Part shown: in pieces, positions 50,645-59,721 of the stretch
How positions within the stretch are numbered: position 1 is the stretch's first letter
Layout: the number at the start of each line of letters is the position of its first letter
Source: Candidatus Bathyarchaeia archaeon
GTDB taxonomy: Archaea > Thermoproteota > Bathyarchaeia > Bathyarchaeales > Bathycorpusculaceae
Assembly: GCA_049969855.1 (NCBI GenBank)
Contig: JBMFOB010000006.1
Location: 1 to 63,607 of the forward strand
Reading direction: 5' to 3'
Length of the DNA stretch: 63,607 nucleotides
Made by a program: the position numbers and the translations under genes
The notes under the pieces: generated by a model
Databases searched by the model: none
What the model was told of the DNA's origin: nothing
Seen by the model: the letters and a program-made list of their open reading frames with translations, nothing else

Positions 50645-51420
50645 CCCCCACCCTCCAATCTACGCTCATGCAAGAATATGCCAAGAAAAGTGAACATGGA
50701 AAAGAAGGCAACTATGCCAAAAGCCGCCAGTAAAGGCGGAGTAAGAGCCGCTGATTCCATTCCTGCACCCCATCGGAATAGGTCAGCGGCAAAAGTTAAA
50801 GGATTAATTGATGCAACACCAGCGTAATATTGTGGCATATAAGCTATTGGATAAAGCGTTGTACTCAGCCTAACTATTAATGCGTCTGTAACACCCATCA
50901 ATATATCAAACCTATCTGAAGATTTTATGCTAACCGCCAAAGTTATACTAAAGCCAGCCACACCAAAGGTGAAAAGAAAAAGCGATAGTAAAGCCACGAG
51001 AAGTTGCAAAACATTTGAAACGCCTATCAAATATAAGACGAACAGCATCATTGGACCAACATACAAGAAACTTCTCAGGCCTCCTCCAATAGACCTTCCA
51101 AGAACCAGTTCCTTGCGGGAAACAGGGACGCTTAGGAGATATTCTATGACGCCATGGTCAGCCTCTTCATAAATGTCATATCCGATGAAAACAGTTGTTG
51201 AATACAGCATTGTTATTATTATTCCAGCAGCATAATAATTGAAGTAGCTGCCGCCAACAGCACTCTGAACGTCTGGGTTAAACATTCTGTTGACGACCAA
51301 GCCGAAAAGGGCTATTTGAGAAACAAACCATATGGCACGCATTATTAAAAGAAACTTGTAACGAAGAAACATTCGAATGTCTCTTTCGGCAACAGTCCAA
51401 ACCTTACGTAAACTTATCAT
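50635..51420 (-). CDS. ABC-2 type permease
   Basis: About 6 TM segments, LYP...INPLT. Confidence 0.85.
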   Translation of the reverse strand: MISLRKVWTVAERDIRMFLRYKFLLIMRAIWFVSQIALFGLVVNRMFNPDVQSAVGGSYFNYYAAGIIITMLYSTTVFIGYDIYEEADHGVIEYLLSVPVSRKELVLGRSIGGGLRSFLYVGPMMLFVLYLIGVSNVLQLLVALLSLFLFTFGVAGFSITLAVSIKSSDRFDILMGVTDALIVRLSTTLYPIAYMPQYYAGVASINPLTFAADLFRWGAGMESAALTPPLLAAFGIVAFFSMFTFLGIFLHERRLEGGGWQ

Positions 51421-52373
51421 TCCCTTTGAGCCTCTTCAATGGTTAAGCCCGTGTAATGCGCAAAAACATCGTCAAGCGACGGTTCACTCATGTGTATGGA
51501 TTTTACTGGCAATTGCGCTTTCATGAAGAACTCTGTTATTTTTGGGAGAACCTCCTCAGCTTGGTTTAAGTAAATTTTCAACTGGTTCTGCGTTATTGCT
51601 AAAACATTCACCACCCGTGGGATTTCCTTCAACTCCGCGAGCACAGCATTAGTAATATCTTTTTCCAAAGCTATTTCCACAACATCCCCGCCTGGAATGC
51701 TATCCTTCAATTTTTTAGGTTCATCGCAGACGAGGAGTTTGCCCTTATGCATTATGGCAACTCTATCCGAAAGCACATCAGCCTCATAAAGCTCATTAGT
51801 TGCAAGCAATATAGTTGACCCTTCATCTCTCAAGTCACGAAGCATATTCCAAATTCTATGTTTGCCAACAATGTCAATCTGTGCTGTTGGCTCATCAGCA
51901 ATGGCTATTTTTGGTCTTTGAATGAGAATTTTGGCTATTTCAACCCTTTTACGCATTCCACCAGAAAAGGTGTGGACGCTCTTAAATCGGTCATTCCACA
52001 ACTCCACTTGCTCTAAAACCCAGCGGACCCTCTTTTTCCGCTCCTCAGCCGATAAACCACAAACTTTTGCGTGCCAATTAAGAATATCCCAAGGAGAATC
52101 AACCCACAAAAGCTTAGGCTCCTGAAACGCCATGCCAATAAGCGTCCTAGCCTTGTCAGGTTCCTTGCTGACATCATATGGACCCACAAAAGCCGCTCCC
52201 TCTGTAGGCTTTATAACAGTTGTTAACATGAGCAAAGTTGTTGTTTTTCCAGCTCCGTTTGGACCGAGAAGCCCAAGGATTTCGCCTTCCTCAACTTCAA
52301 GGTTTAGATGGTCAACTGCCGTGAACTCTCCAAACTTTTTTGTTAGATTAACTATTCGAACTATTGGTGGCAT
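51417..52373 (-). CDS. ABC exporter ATP-binding subunit (DrrA-like)
   Basis: GPNGAGKTT, FSGGM, DEPT, EPSLDDVF. Confidence 0.9.
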   Translation of the reverse strand: MPPIVRIVNLTKKFGEFTAVDHLNLEVEEGEILGLLGPNGAGKTTTLLMLTTVIKPTEGAAFVGPYDVSKEPDKARTLIGMAFQEPKLLWVDSPWDILNWHAKVCGLSAEERKKRVRWVLEQVELWNDRFKSVHTFSGGMRKRVEIAKILIQRPKIAIADEPTAQIDIVGKHRIWNMLRDLRDEGSTILLATNELYEADVLSDRVAIMHKGKLLVCDEPKKLKDSIPGGDVVEIALEKDITNAVLAELKEIPRVVNVLAITQNQLKIYLNQAEEVLPKITEFFMKAQLPVKSIHMSEPSLDDVFAHYTGLTIEEAQRE

Positions 52374-52434
52374 TTTAAACCCAGATGCTGAAGCAAATAG
52401 AATAAACAAGCAAATAGATAAAATTAACTATCAA

Positions 52435-53724
52435 TTATCTAGCAAGCAAATCTAAAGCCGTCCTTTCAGCTTCTCTAATTACGCTTGTCTCATCTAATGT
52501 CTTCACATGCCGATTTTCCATTATAACTTTTCCATCAACAATAACGGTGTCAACATCGCTTCCATGCGTAGAGTAAACAAGGCTCGCAAATACATCATGC
52601 ACTGGTTTTAAATGCGGTTTTGAAAAGTCAATTAGAATCAAATCCGCCCTTTTCCCAATCTCAAGCGAACCAATTTTATCCGTTAACCCTAAGGCTTTGG
52701 CGCCATTTATTGTCGCCATCTTCAAAACTTCGTAAGCAGACAAAACCGTTGGGTCCATGTAGGTGAGTTTTTGAAGCAACGCAGCGAATTTCATGGTTTC
52801 AAACATGTCCAAAGTGTTATTGCTGGCTGCACCATCAGTTCCCAAACACACATTAACGCCCAAACTGGTTAAGTCTTTTATTTTTGCTGCTCCCAAGCCA
52901 AGTTTCATGTTAGCCACTGGAACATGAGCCACATGGACGCCTCTTTTAGAAATGATACGCATATCACTTTTTGATAGGTTTATGCAATGGGCAGCCAAAA
53001 CATAATTCTTAAAAAAGCCTATTCCATCCAAAAATTCCACTTCGCTAAAATCTTCGAACATCGTTTTTGATTCAGCCAAATGCATGTGCACGCCAATTCC
53101 AAGTTCAGAAGCCTTTTCCCTTACTTCCACAAGCAAGTCTCGACTGCAGCTGTAAGCCGCATGAGGTCCAAGTAAGGCTGTTATTCTGCCATCAGCTTGT
53201 CCATTAAATTTTTTGGCAAAATCTACGCTTTCGCTGAACATTTTTCTTCCTAACTCTCTGTTTTCGGCTTCAATTATTCCTTGGGCTAATGCTGCTCTCA
53301 TTCCGCTTTGCTCTACAGCTTTTGCAACCATCTCTTCATGGAAATACATGTCAGCAAAACACGTTGTTCCACCCTTAACCATTTCTAAACAGCCTAAAAG
53401 AGCCCCAACATAAACGTCCTCAGCCTTAAGCTTAGCCTCTAAAGGCCAAATAGTCTCCTTCAACCAAGCGTCTAATGGTTTGTCTTCAGCGATTCCCCGA
53501 AATAGAGTCATGGGCGCGTGAGTGTGACAGTTAATTAAGCCTGGCATGGCAACCTTTCCTTTAGCGTTTATTTTGTTTTCAGCTTTTATGCTGGTTGCAA
53601 GTGAGGCTTTGCCGACGAAAACGATTTTTCCATTTTTTATTGCTATGGCGCCGTCTTCTATGAATTTTTTATCATTCATCGGCAAAATAGTGCATCCATA
53701 AATTAAAATGTCTGCCTTTTCCAA
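52435..53724 (-). CDS. Amidohydrolase (MTA/SAH/5'-deoxyadenosine deaminase family)
   Basis: PGLINCHTH, GPHAAY, HLAES, GTDGAASNN. Confidence 0.88.
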   Translation of the reverse strand: MEKADILIYGCTILPMNDKKFIEDGAIAIKNGKIVFVGKASLATSIKAENKINAKGKVAMPGLINCHTHAPMTLFRGIAEDKPLDAWLKETIWPLEAKLKAEDVYVGALLGCLEMVKGGTTCFADMYFHEEMVAKAVEQSGMRAALAQGIIEAENRELGRKMFSESVDFAKKFNGQADGRITALLGPHAAYSCSRDLLVEVREKASELGIGVHMHLAESKTMFEDFSEVEFLDGIGFFKNYVLAAHCINLSKSDMRIISKRGVHVAHVPVANMKLGLGAAKIKDLTSLGVNVCLGTDGAASNNTLDMFETMKFAALLQKLTYMDPTVLSAYEVLKMATINGAKALGLTDKIGSLEIGKRADLILIDFSKPHLKPVHDVFASLVYSTHGSDVDTVIVDGKVIMENRHVKTLDETSVIREAERTALDLLAR

Positions 53725-53828
53725 AAGCCCACCCTTTTCTATTTAAATGAGAAATTGGCAATAAAAAGAATACGTTCACCTAACTTTTGGTAACTTTGAA
53801 AGTTAAAAGATTTTGGAGTATTTGATGG

Positions 53829-54242
53829 CTAGAACACTGGTTTTTCTTCGATTTTCTTCAGGAAAGGACGCAAGGTTGGCTGAGGAACATTTTCTTCGCC
53901 TAAACCGCCTTTTGGAAGCCCAGGCGTGCCGATTTTTCTGCATATGAAGTTAAGCGAATCCTCTGTGAAGTTCAGCAGGCTCTGTCCCTCAGATGTTAAC
54001 TTGTAAACTTTCCTCGGTCTTTCGCTGTTCATGTTCCATTCACTTTTTACGTAACCCTTCTTTTCTAAGGCGTTTAGGAGCGGATAAATTGTGCTTGGTC
54101 CAAAATAGACGCCAAAGGTTTTGCGCACTTTAGTTATTATTTGATAGCCATGCATGGGCTGTGAGCTTAGAAACTGTAGCACTATTAGGTCTAGGAGGCC
54201 TTTCATTAATTTGACCTGAACTTCTTTTGAGTTGTTGACCAT
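53829..54242 (-). CDS. PadR family regulator
   Basis: PMHGYQI...IYPLL..LE..GYV...RKVYKLT. Confidence 0.9.
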   Translation of the reverse strand: MVNNSKEVQVKLMKGLLDLIVLQFLSSQPMHGYQIITKVRKTFGVYFGPSTIYPLLNALEKKGYVKSEWNMNSERPRKVYKLTSEGQSLLNFTEDSLNFICRKIGTPGLPKGGLGEENVPQPTLRPFLKKIEEKPVF

Positions 54243-54470
54243 TATTTTATCCTTCCTTTCATGTGTTTTTTTGCTCTACACATATACAATATGTCCTTTT
54301 CTGGACATATCTCAAGACTCTATAAAGCCTAAACAAAAATATAAAGGTTCACACTTACCACAAACATAAAAAAGCATAAAAAAGCATACCAAACTATTCC
54401 AACTCCTACATAACCTAAATAAACCCAAACCCGAACAAGTCCAAAACAGAACACTCTAGAGAGTGAAAAA

Positions 54471-54794
54471 TTGACACAAAACTACAAAAAAGAAATTGTT
54501 CAACGCATAACCAGAAACCTACTAGACATCCAAATACTAAGACTCCTAAGCAAAGAACCAATGTGGGGCTACAAAATAAAAAAACAAGTAGAAACAAACT
54601 ACGAAGTAAAACTAAGACACGGAGCCCTATACCCACTACTAAACGCACTAGAACAAAAAGGCTTCCTAAAAAGCCAAAAACAACAACAAGGAGGAAGAAC
54701 AAGAAAAGTATACACAATAACAGAAAAGGGGAAAGAATACATCGAAGCATACAACGGTATACTAAAAGAACAAATAAGAATGACAGATCTTTAA
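54471..54794 (+). CDS. PadR family regulator
   Basis: PMWGYKI...GALYPLL..LE...RKVYTITEKG. Confidence 0.9.
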   Translation: MTQNYKKEIVQRITRNLLDIQILRLLSKEPMWGYKIKKQVETNYEVKLRHGALYPLLNALEQKGFLKSQKQQQGGRTRKVYTITEKGKEYIEAYNGILKEQIRMTDL

Positions 54795-54851
54795 GCCGTC
54801 TTGCTGAAATTACCATTAGTTTTAAATAGAACAGAACAAGAGAATGAACTC

Positions 54852-55850
54852 ATGAGTTTTAAGAAACACAAAAAAACATCTCAACTGCTTTTGGGAAAAC
54901 TGGAGAAGCGAAGCAGAAAAGGGCTCGAACTCGCAAAGAAAATTGTTTTAACGGAAAAAATAGAATCCCAAAAAGTATACGATGCATTAAAGTATTATAC
55001 TTCAAATTGGAAAATTTTCACTCACCCTGGATTATTTTCAATAGCTTGCGAAGCTGTAGGCGGAAACCCGGAGAATGCCATAAATGTGCAAGCATCCTTA
55101 ATCATGATAACAGCAGCACTCGACATACACGACGATGTCCTTGATAAATCAAAAATAAAGCATGAGAGACTAACTGTTTATGGAAAATTCGGGCATGATA
55201 TAGCACTTCTTTTAGGGAACGCCTTCATTGTGAGCGGTTTTACACTTCTTGGAAAATCCATTGCTAAGTTACCAGCAGATAAGGCCAAAGAAGTCTTTGA
55301 CACTGTTCAGAAGTCGCTTTTTAAAATTGGGAGTGCACATGCTTTAGAATCCGCTCTTAAAGGAAAAATGGATATCGCCCCCAAACAGTACATGCAAATA
55401 TTAGAGATGAAAGCTTTTAGTGCGGAGGCAAGCATGCGACTTGGCGCAATAATAGGCGGGGCAACTGATTATGAAGTTGAATTTTTATCAAAATATGGAA
55501 GAATTTTTGGATTATTGGCAACATTAAGAGAAGAATTCATAGATATCTTCGAAATCCAAGAATTGAAACAACGCTTATCTAACGAATGCCTACCCATACC
55601 AATTCTTTATGCACTTCAAAACGAGAACTCAAAAGAAATTGTTCAAAAGATACTCTTAAAGAAAAAGATTACAGATGCTGATGTTGAACAATTGATTAAC
55701 GTAGTTACCGAAACAAATGAGGTAAAAAAACTTAAAAGGAAAATGAAAGGGTTGGTTAAAACGGCTATTGCTTTAGCATCAAATATTAAGTATCCAAAAC
55801 TAAAAAATCTACTAACTCAGCTAGTTATTGCGGCACTAGAAGACCTATAA
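54852..55850 (+). CDS. Polyprenyl-synthetase-fold protein with degenerate second Asp-rich motif (ComQ-like candidate)
   Basis: First motif LDIHDDVLD, IALLLGN, second motif position REEFID instead of DDxxD, no RRG after the first motif. Confidence 0.8.
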   Translation: MSFKKHKKTSQLLLGKLEKRSRKGLELAKKIVLTEKIESQKVYDALKYYTSNWKIFTHPGLFSIACEAVGGNPENAINVQASLIMITAALDIHDDVLDKSKIKHERLTVYGKFGHDIALLLGNAFIVSGFTLLGKSIAKLPADKAKEVFDTVQKSLFKIGSAHALESALKGKMDIAPKQYMQILEMKAFSAEASMRLGAIIGGATDYEVEFLSKYGRIFGLLATLREEFIDIFEIQELKQRLSNECLPIPILYALQNENSKEIVQKILLKKKITDADVEQLINVVTETNEVKKLKRKMKGLVKTAIALASNIKYPKLKNLLTQLVIAALEDL

Positions 55851-55858
55851 TTGAAATA

Positions 55859-55909
55859 CTAAATATCTGGCCAAACTCGAATAGGGACCTTTCTTTTAGC
55901 CTTCTTCAC
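55859..55909 (-). CDS. 16-aa peptide MKKAKRKVPIRVWPDI, putative prenylated signal peptide precursor
   Basis: GTG start 6 nt after a GAGGGGG Shine-Dalgarno; TATA-like TTAAGTA upstream; convergent with the prenyltransferase-like gene (8 nt gap). Confidence 0.5.
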   Translation of the reverse strand: MKKAKRKVPIRVWPDI

Positions 55910-56038
55910 TTTTGTCCCCCTCTGGAGTATACTTGTTCAACAGTTATACTTAAGATTTGCTGTAGAACACGAATACTGGATGCATTAAGGGCAAAGAATT
56001 ATTACTATTTTAACATAGTTAATTAGAGGGCTGTTTAT

Positions 56039-57265
56039 ATGTCTTGGAAAACTTTGAGACAAGGTCAAGTGTTAAAAGAATTCTTTCCAGCATTTATCAT
56101 TGTAGCGAATACCCTTTCTTGGAACACGCTCGCCTTATCAATTTTTGGCAACTCTGTTAATAGTCTTCCCATATCTCAAATTGAAAGCATAGTTATTTTT
56201 GGCGTTGAATATTTGGCTATCGCACTTTCTGCCATTTTAGGATCAATATTTCTCCCACAAAGAAGGAGAATTTTGCTTAGTATTTGGATTCTTTTTGGAG
56301 CATTAATGTCATCTCTTTTAATTACAATTCCAAACAATGGATTGGCAGTTAACTTAATGTTTTCCTTTTTTTTCGGGGTTGGAATAGGTACTGGGCTTCC
56401 TTCAGCTTTGGCCTATTTTGCGGATGCGACCATTACGGAAAACCGAGGGTTTTTCGGGGGGATTACTTTCTTTTTTGTTGGATTTTTAACAATACTTTTT
56501 GTAGTTACGAGTCTTTTTCTTAATAATATTATGAATGTTTTAATGATAAGTTTATGGAGAATTATGGGGTTAATCTTGTTTTTCTTCACATCTAAGCACG
56601 AGAAAGCTTGCTCTGAACGCGAACCTTCATATTTAGACGTTTTGAGCGAAAAAGAGCTGATTTTATATCTTGTGCCATGGGTGATGTTCTGTCTTGTAAA
56701 TTACATGGAGGCGCCATTAATAGCAAATAAAATTAGCGATTTGTATGGTAAGGAAGCATATGCGTTGATGGGTTTTATTGAAGTTGCCTTAGCTGGATTA
56801 TTTGCCTTGGTAGGCGGCATAATTGCTGATTATTCTGGTAGAAAAAGAACCATAATCATAGGCTTTGTCATTTTGGGTGTGGAATACGCCATATTAAGTC
56901 TTTTATATGAAATACCCGTTTCATGGTACATTTATACAGCTTTCGATAGCATTGCTTTAGGGATGTTTGCATCGGCTTTCTTCATGACCTTATGGGGAGA
57001 CCTTGCAGGAAATTATGCTAAAGAGAAGTTTTACACTGTGGGAGGGCTTCCTTATCTTCTTGCCAGTTTCTTGTCTATATTAGTTAAACCTTATGTGGAA
57101 ATAATCCCGTTAGGCATGGCTTTCTCTTTGGCTAGCTTTTTCTTGTTTTTGGCTGTTATTCCATTGATGTTTGCTCCTGAGACTTTGCCTGAGAAAAAGC
57201 TTAGGGAGAGGGAGCTTAGGCAGTATATTGAGAAGGCTAAGAAGATTAAGGAAAAATACGCTTAG
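56039..57265 (+). CDS. MFS-fold membrane protein (transporter or receptor)
   Basis: About 12 TM segments, GIIADYSGRK motif A, PETL followed by a charged tail. Confidence 0.85.
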   Translation: MSWKTLRQGQVLKEFFPAFIIVANTLSWNTLALSIFGNSVNSLPISQIESIVIFGVEYLAIALSAILGSIFLPQRRRILLSIWILFGALMSSLLITIPNNGLAVNLMFSFFFGVGIGTGLPSALAYFADATITENRGFFGGITFFFVGFLTILFVVTSLFLNNIMNVLMISLWRIMGLILFFFTSKHEKACSEREPSYLDVLSEKELILYLVPWVMFCLVNYMEAPLIANKISDLYGKEAYALMGFIEVALAGLFALVGGIIADYSGRKRTIIIGFVILGVEYAILSLLYEIPVSWYIYTAFDSIALGMFASAFFMTLWGDLAGNYAKEKFYTVGGLPYLLASFLSILVKPYVEIIPLGMAFSLASFFLFLAVIPLMFAPETLPEKKLRERELRQYIEKAKKIKEKYA

Positions 57266-57285
57266 CAATTGAGAGGTGAAAAAGC

Positions 57286-58410
57286 GTGTTCTTTCATGTT
57301 GTGCTGACGAGCGAGTGTAATTTGCAGTGTCGATATTGTTTTGGCGAGGCTTTGGAGGATTTTGATTCTGGCTTTCATGGTTTGGATGTTGATTATTCCT
57401 TGCCTAAACGGATGAGTTATAATGTTGGTTTGTTGGATAGGTTTTGTAGGCGTGATGCGGATTGTGTTTTGATTTTTTATGGCGGCGAACCATTGCTCTG
57501 TTTGGACGATATTAAGAACATTGTTGACAATGTTAAGGCTAAACATTTTATTGTTCAAACGAATGGTTTGCTTCTTGGTCGGTTAGAACCAGAATATGTT
57601 AACCGTTTCCGCACAATACTTGTTTCCATAGATGGCGACGAAGCCTTAACGGATTTTTACAGGGGTCACGGCACTTTCAGAAAGGTTGTTGAAAATTTGA
57701 GGTTAATTAAGCATAATGGTTTTAGGGGCGAAGTTATTGCGCGGATGACTGTTATGGAGCAAACGGACATTTACAAGCAGGTTAGGTGGCTGCTGGAAAA
57801 CGGTGAGTTTCCATTTTCTTCTATTCATTGGCAACTTAACGCTGGATTTTGGTCAAAAGATTTTGAACGCCGCGATTTCAAAAGGTGGAGTGAGGAAAAT
57901 TATAATCCTGGAATCCGTAAACTAGTCAAGTTTTGGGTTGACAGCATGGAAAAAAGTGGGATTGTTTTTAGGCTTTACCCATTCCTCGGAGTTGCTCGAT
58001 CGCTTCTATTAGGCGAAGAGGAAAGTCTTCTCAGATGCGGCGCTGGATGGATAAACTATGCCATACAAACTGATGGTTACATTGTTCCATGTCCAAGCAT
58101 GTGGGGAATGAAAGACTACTATTTGGGGCATATCAGCAATGCTGACCCGTTAAGTTTAAAGAAGGTTTTTGTTGGTGAACCATGCACGAAATGCGAAATT
58201 TTCAACTTGTGCGGGGGAAGATGCCTCTATGCGAATATCACCAAGCGTTGGAAAGCATCTGCATATAACCTAGTTTGCGAAACTGTGAAAAATCTAATAG
58301 AAGCCATACACACTGAAACGCCAAGGATACAGGAGCTTATTAAGGAAAAGAAAATTCGGCTGGAAGACTTTGAATTTATGAAGTACAACGGTTGCGAAAT
58401 AATCCCATAA
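57286..58410 (+). CDS. Radical SAM / SPASM protein (TIGR04084-like)
   Basis: CNLQCRYC, YGGEP, QTNG, and SPASM cysteines C..C...CGGRC. Confidence 0.88.
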   Translation: MFFHVVLTSECNLQCRYCFGEALEDFDSGFHGLDVDYSLPKRMSYNVGLLDRFCRRDADCVLIFYGGEPLLCLDDIKNIVDNVKAKHFIVQTNGLLLGRLEPEYVNRFRTILVSIDGDEALTDFYRGHGTFRKVVENLRLIKHNGFRGEVIARMTVMEQTDIYKQVRWLLENGEFPFSSIHWQLNAGFWSKDFERRDFKRWSEENYNPGIRKLVKFWVDSMEKSGIVFRLYPFLGVARSLLLGEEESLLRCGAGWINYAIQTDGYIVPCPSMWGMKDYYLGHISNADPLSLKKVFVGEPCTKCEIFNLCGGRCLYANITKRWKASAYNLVCETVKNLIEAIHTETPRIQELIKEKKIRLEDFEFMKYNGCEIIP

Positions 58411-58472
58411 ATTTTTATTGCATCCATTGTACGGCTACTTCCTTTTTCTGAAATAGGCAAGTTCGTCTTTCT

Positions 58473-58616
58473 TCATGGCGAACTCGAATCCTTAACGAGC
58501 ATGTTTGGACCATTTTTGGCAAGGCGTTTCCGGGCTTCTTCGCTGGTTAAACCTTTAGGCGAAGTGTCAAGAAAATCAAAAACCTCTTCGACGCTCAAAC
58601 GCGCTATATCCTTCAA
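58473..58616 (-). pseudogene. N-terminal remnant of a cation-transporting P-type ATPase
   Basis: Manual translation MKDIARLSVEEVFDFLDTSPKGLTSEEARKRLAKNGPNML followed by a stop soon after; matches the Cation_ATPase_N pattern. Confidence 0.65.
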
Positions 58617-58880
58617 TTCTAAACCCGCCGAAAACAAGAAACTTAAGCTCTTCTGATTTCATTACTTTCTCAGGTTTTTCTCCAGGCTTAGCGACTGTTC
58701 CAGCTTTCTTAAGTTTTCTAATAGCCCTTTTCTTCATAGTACTCCAAAAGAATAATGGTGGGGCAAACAACATCACTACCTCTTAAGAATATTATTAACG
58801 ACATAGTAGCGTCTGCCTTCGGTTACCGCCAACATTAAGCTGATTGCTAGTATAAACCTATTGCACTTATTGTTTCATTT

Positions 58881-59705
58881 TTAAGTCTCGGTTTTCTTTA
58901 ATTCATTTCTTCCTTGTCCTTTAGGCAGCTCTTTGATGCCGTAAATGCCCACTGGTGGCCATCCTGCTTCAGGCATAGCAGCAGGAACAAGCATTATAGT
59001 ATTTGCACCTGCTTGTTGACCTAGTTCGTATAATATGTTCATCCAACGAAGTCTTAGCCCTTCAGGGCTTTTCTCATACATTTTTGCAGCTTCTATCATT
59101 TTCTGGGAAGCTTCATATTCGGCTGTAGCAAGCGTCACTCTCGCTATCCTTTCTCTTTCTGCTTGTGCTTGCCTGGACATAGCGTCTTGTAGGGCTGTAG
59201 GAATTATGACGTCTCTTATTTCAACAGACGTAACTTTTATTCCCCAAGCCTCGGTTTTTTCGTCAATAATCTCGCGTAAATGTTTGGCGACTTTCTCTCT
59301 TTCGGCTAGCAAATCGTTAAGCTCTACTTTGCCTATAACTTCCCTAAGCGTTGTTTGCGCAGCCAATTGAGTAGCTTGAAAATAGTTTTCAACAGATAAC
59401 ACAGCTTTCTCTATGTCCACAGGCCTCATATATAGCACTGAATCGACGTTCACTGGGACGTTATCTTTAGTTAAAGTCGATTCTGTTCTAAACTCAATCG
59501 TGTCCAGTCTGGTTGAAATCCTCACGGGAGCTCTGTCAATAAACGGGATGAGATAGGTTATGCCTGGTCCTCTTAAACCCACATAGCGTCCAAGCCTCAA
59601 GATGGGTATTCTTTCCCACTCTTTTAGAACCCTTATCCCGCTGAGCAGTATCAATGCAATTATAAGGGCTATGAATGCAATTGCAATTGTCACAAGGTCA
59701 ATCAT
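58881..59705 (-). CDS. SPFH/stomatin (slipin) family protein
   Basis: RLGR..G..GPG, LTKDNV, AQTTLREVIG, AMSRQAQAERE. Confidence 0.92.
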   Translation of the reverse strand: MIDLVTIAIAFIALIIALILLSGIRVLKEWERIPILRLGRYVGLRGPGITYLIPFIDRAPVRISTRLDTIEFRTESTLTKDNVPVNVDSVLYMRPVDIEKAVLSVENYFQATQLAAQTTLREVIGKVELNDLLAEREKVAKHLREIIDEKTEAWGIKVTSVEIRDVIIPTALQDAMSRQAQAERERIARVTLATAEYEASQKMIEAAKMYEKSPEGLRLRWMNILYELGQQAGANTIMLVPAAMPEAGWPPVGIYGIKELPKGQGRNELKKTET

Positions 59706-59721
59706 TACTTCACCTCCCATT

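Noticed and set aside
54415-54829. ORFs 54415-54816 (-) and 54563-54829 (+)
   Set aside because: Shadow frames caused by the extreme A/C skew of the PadR gene.
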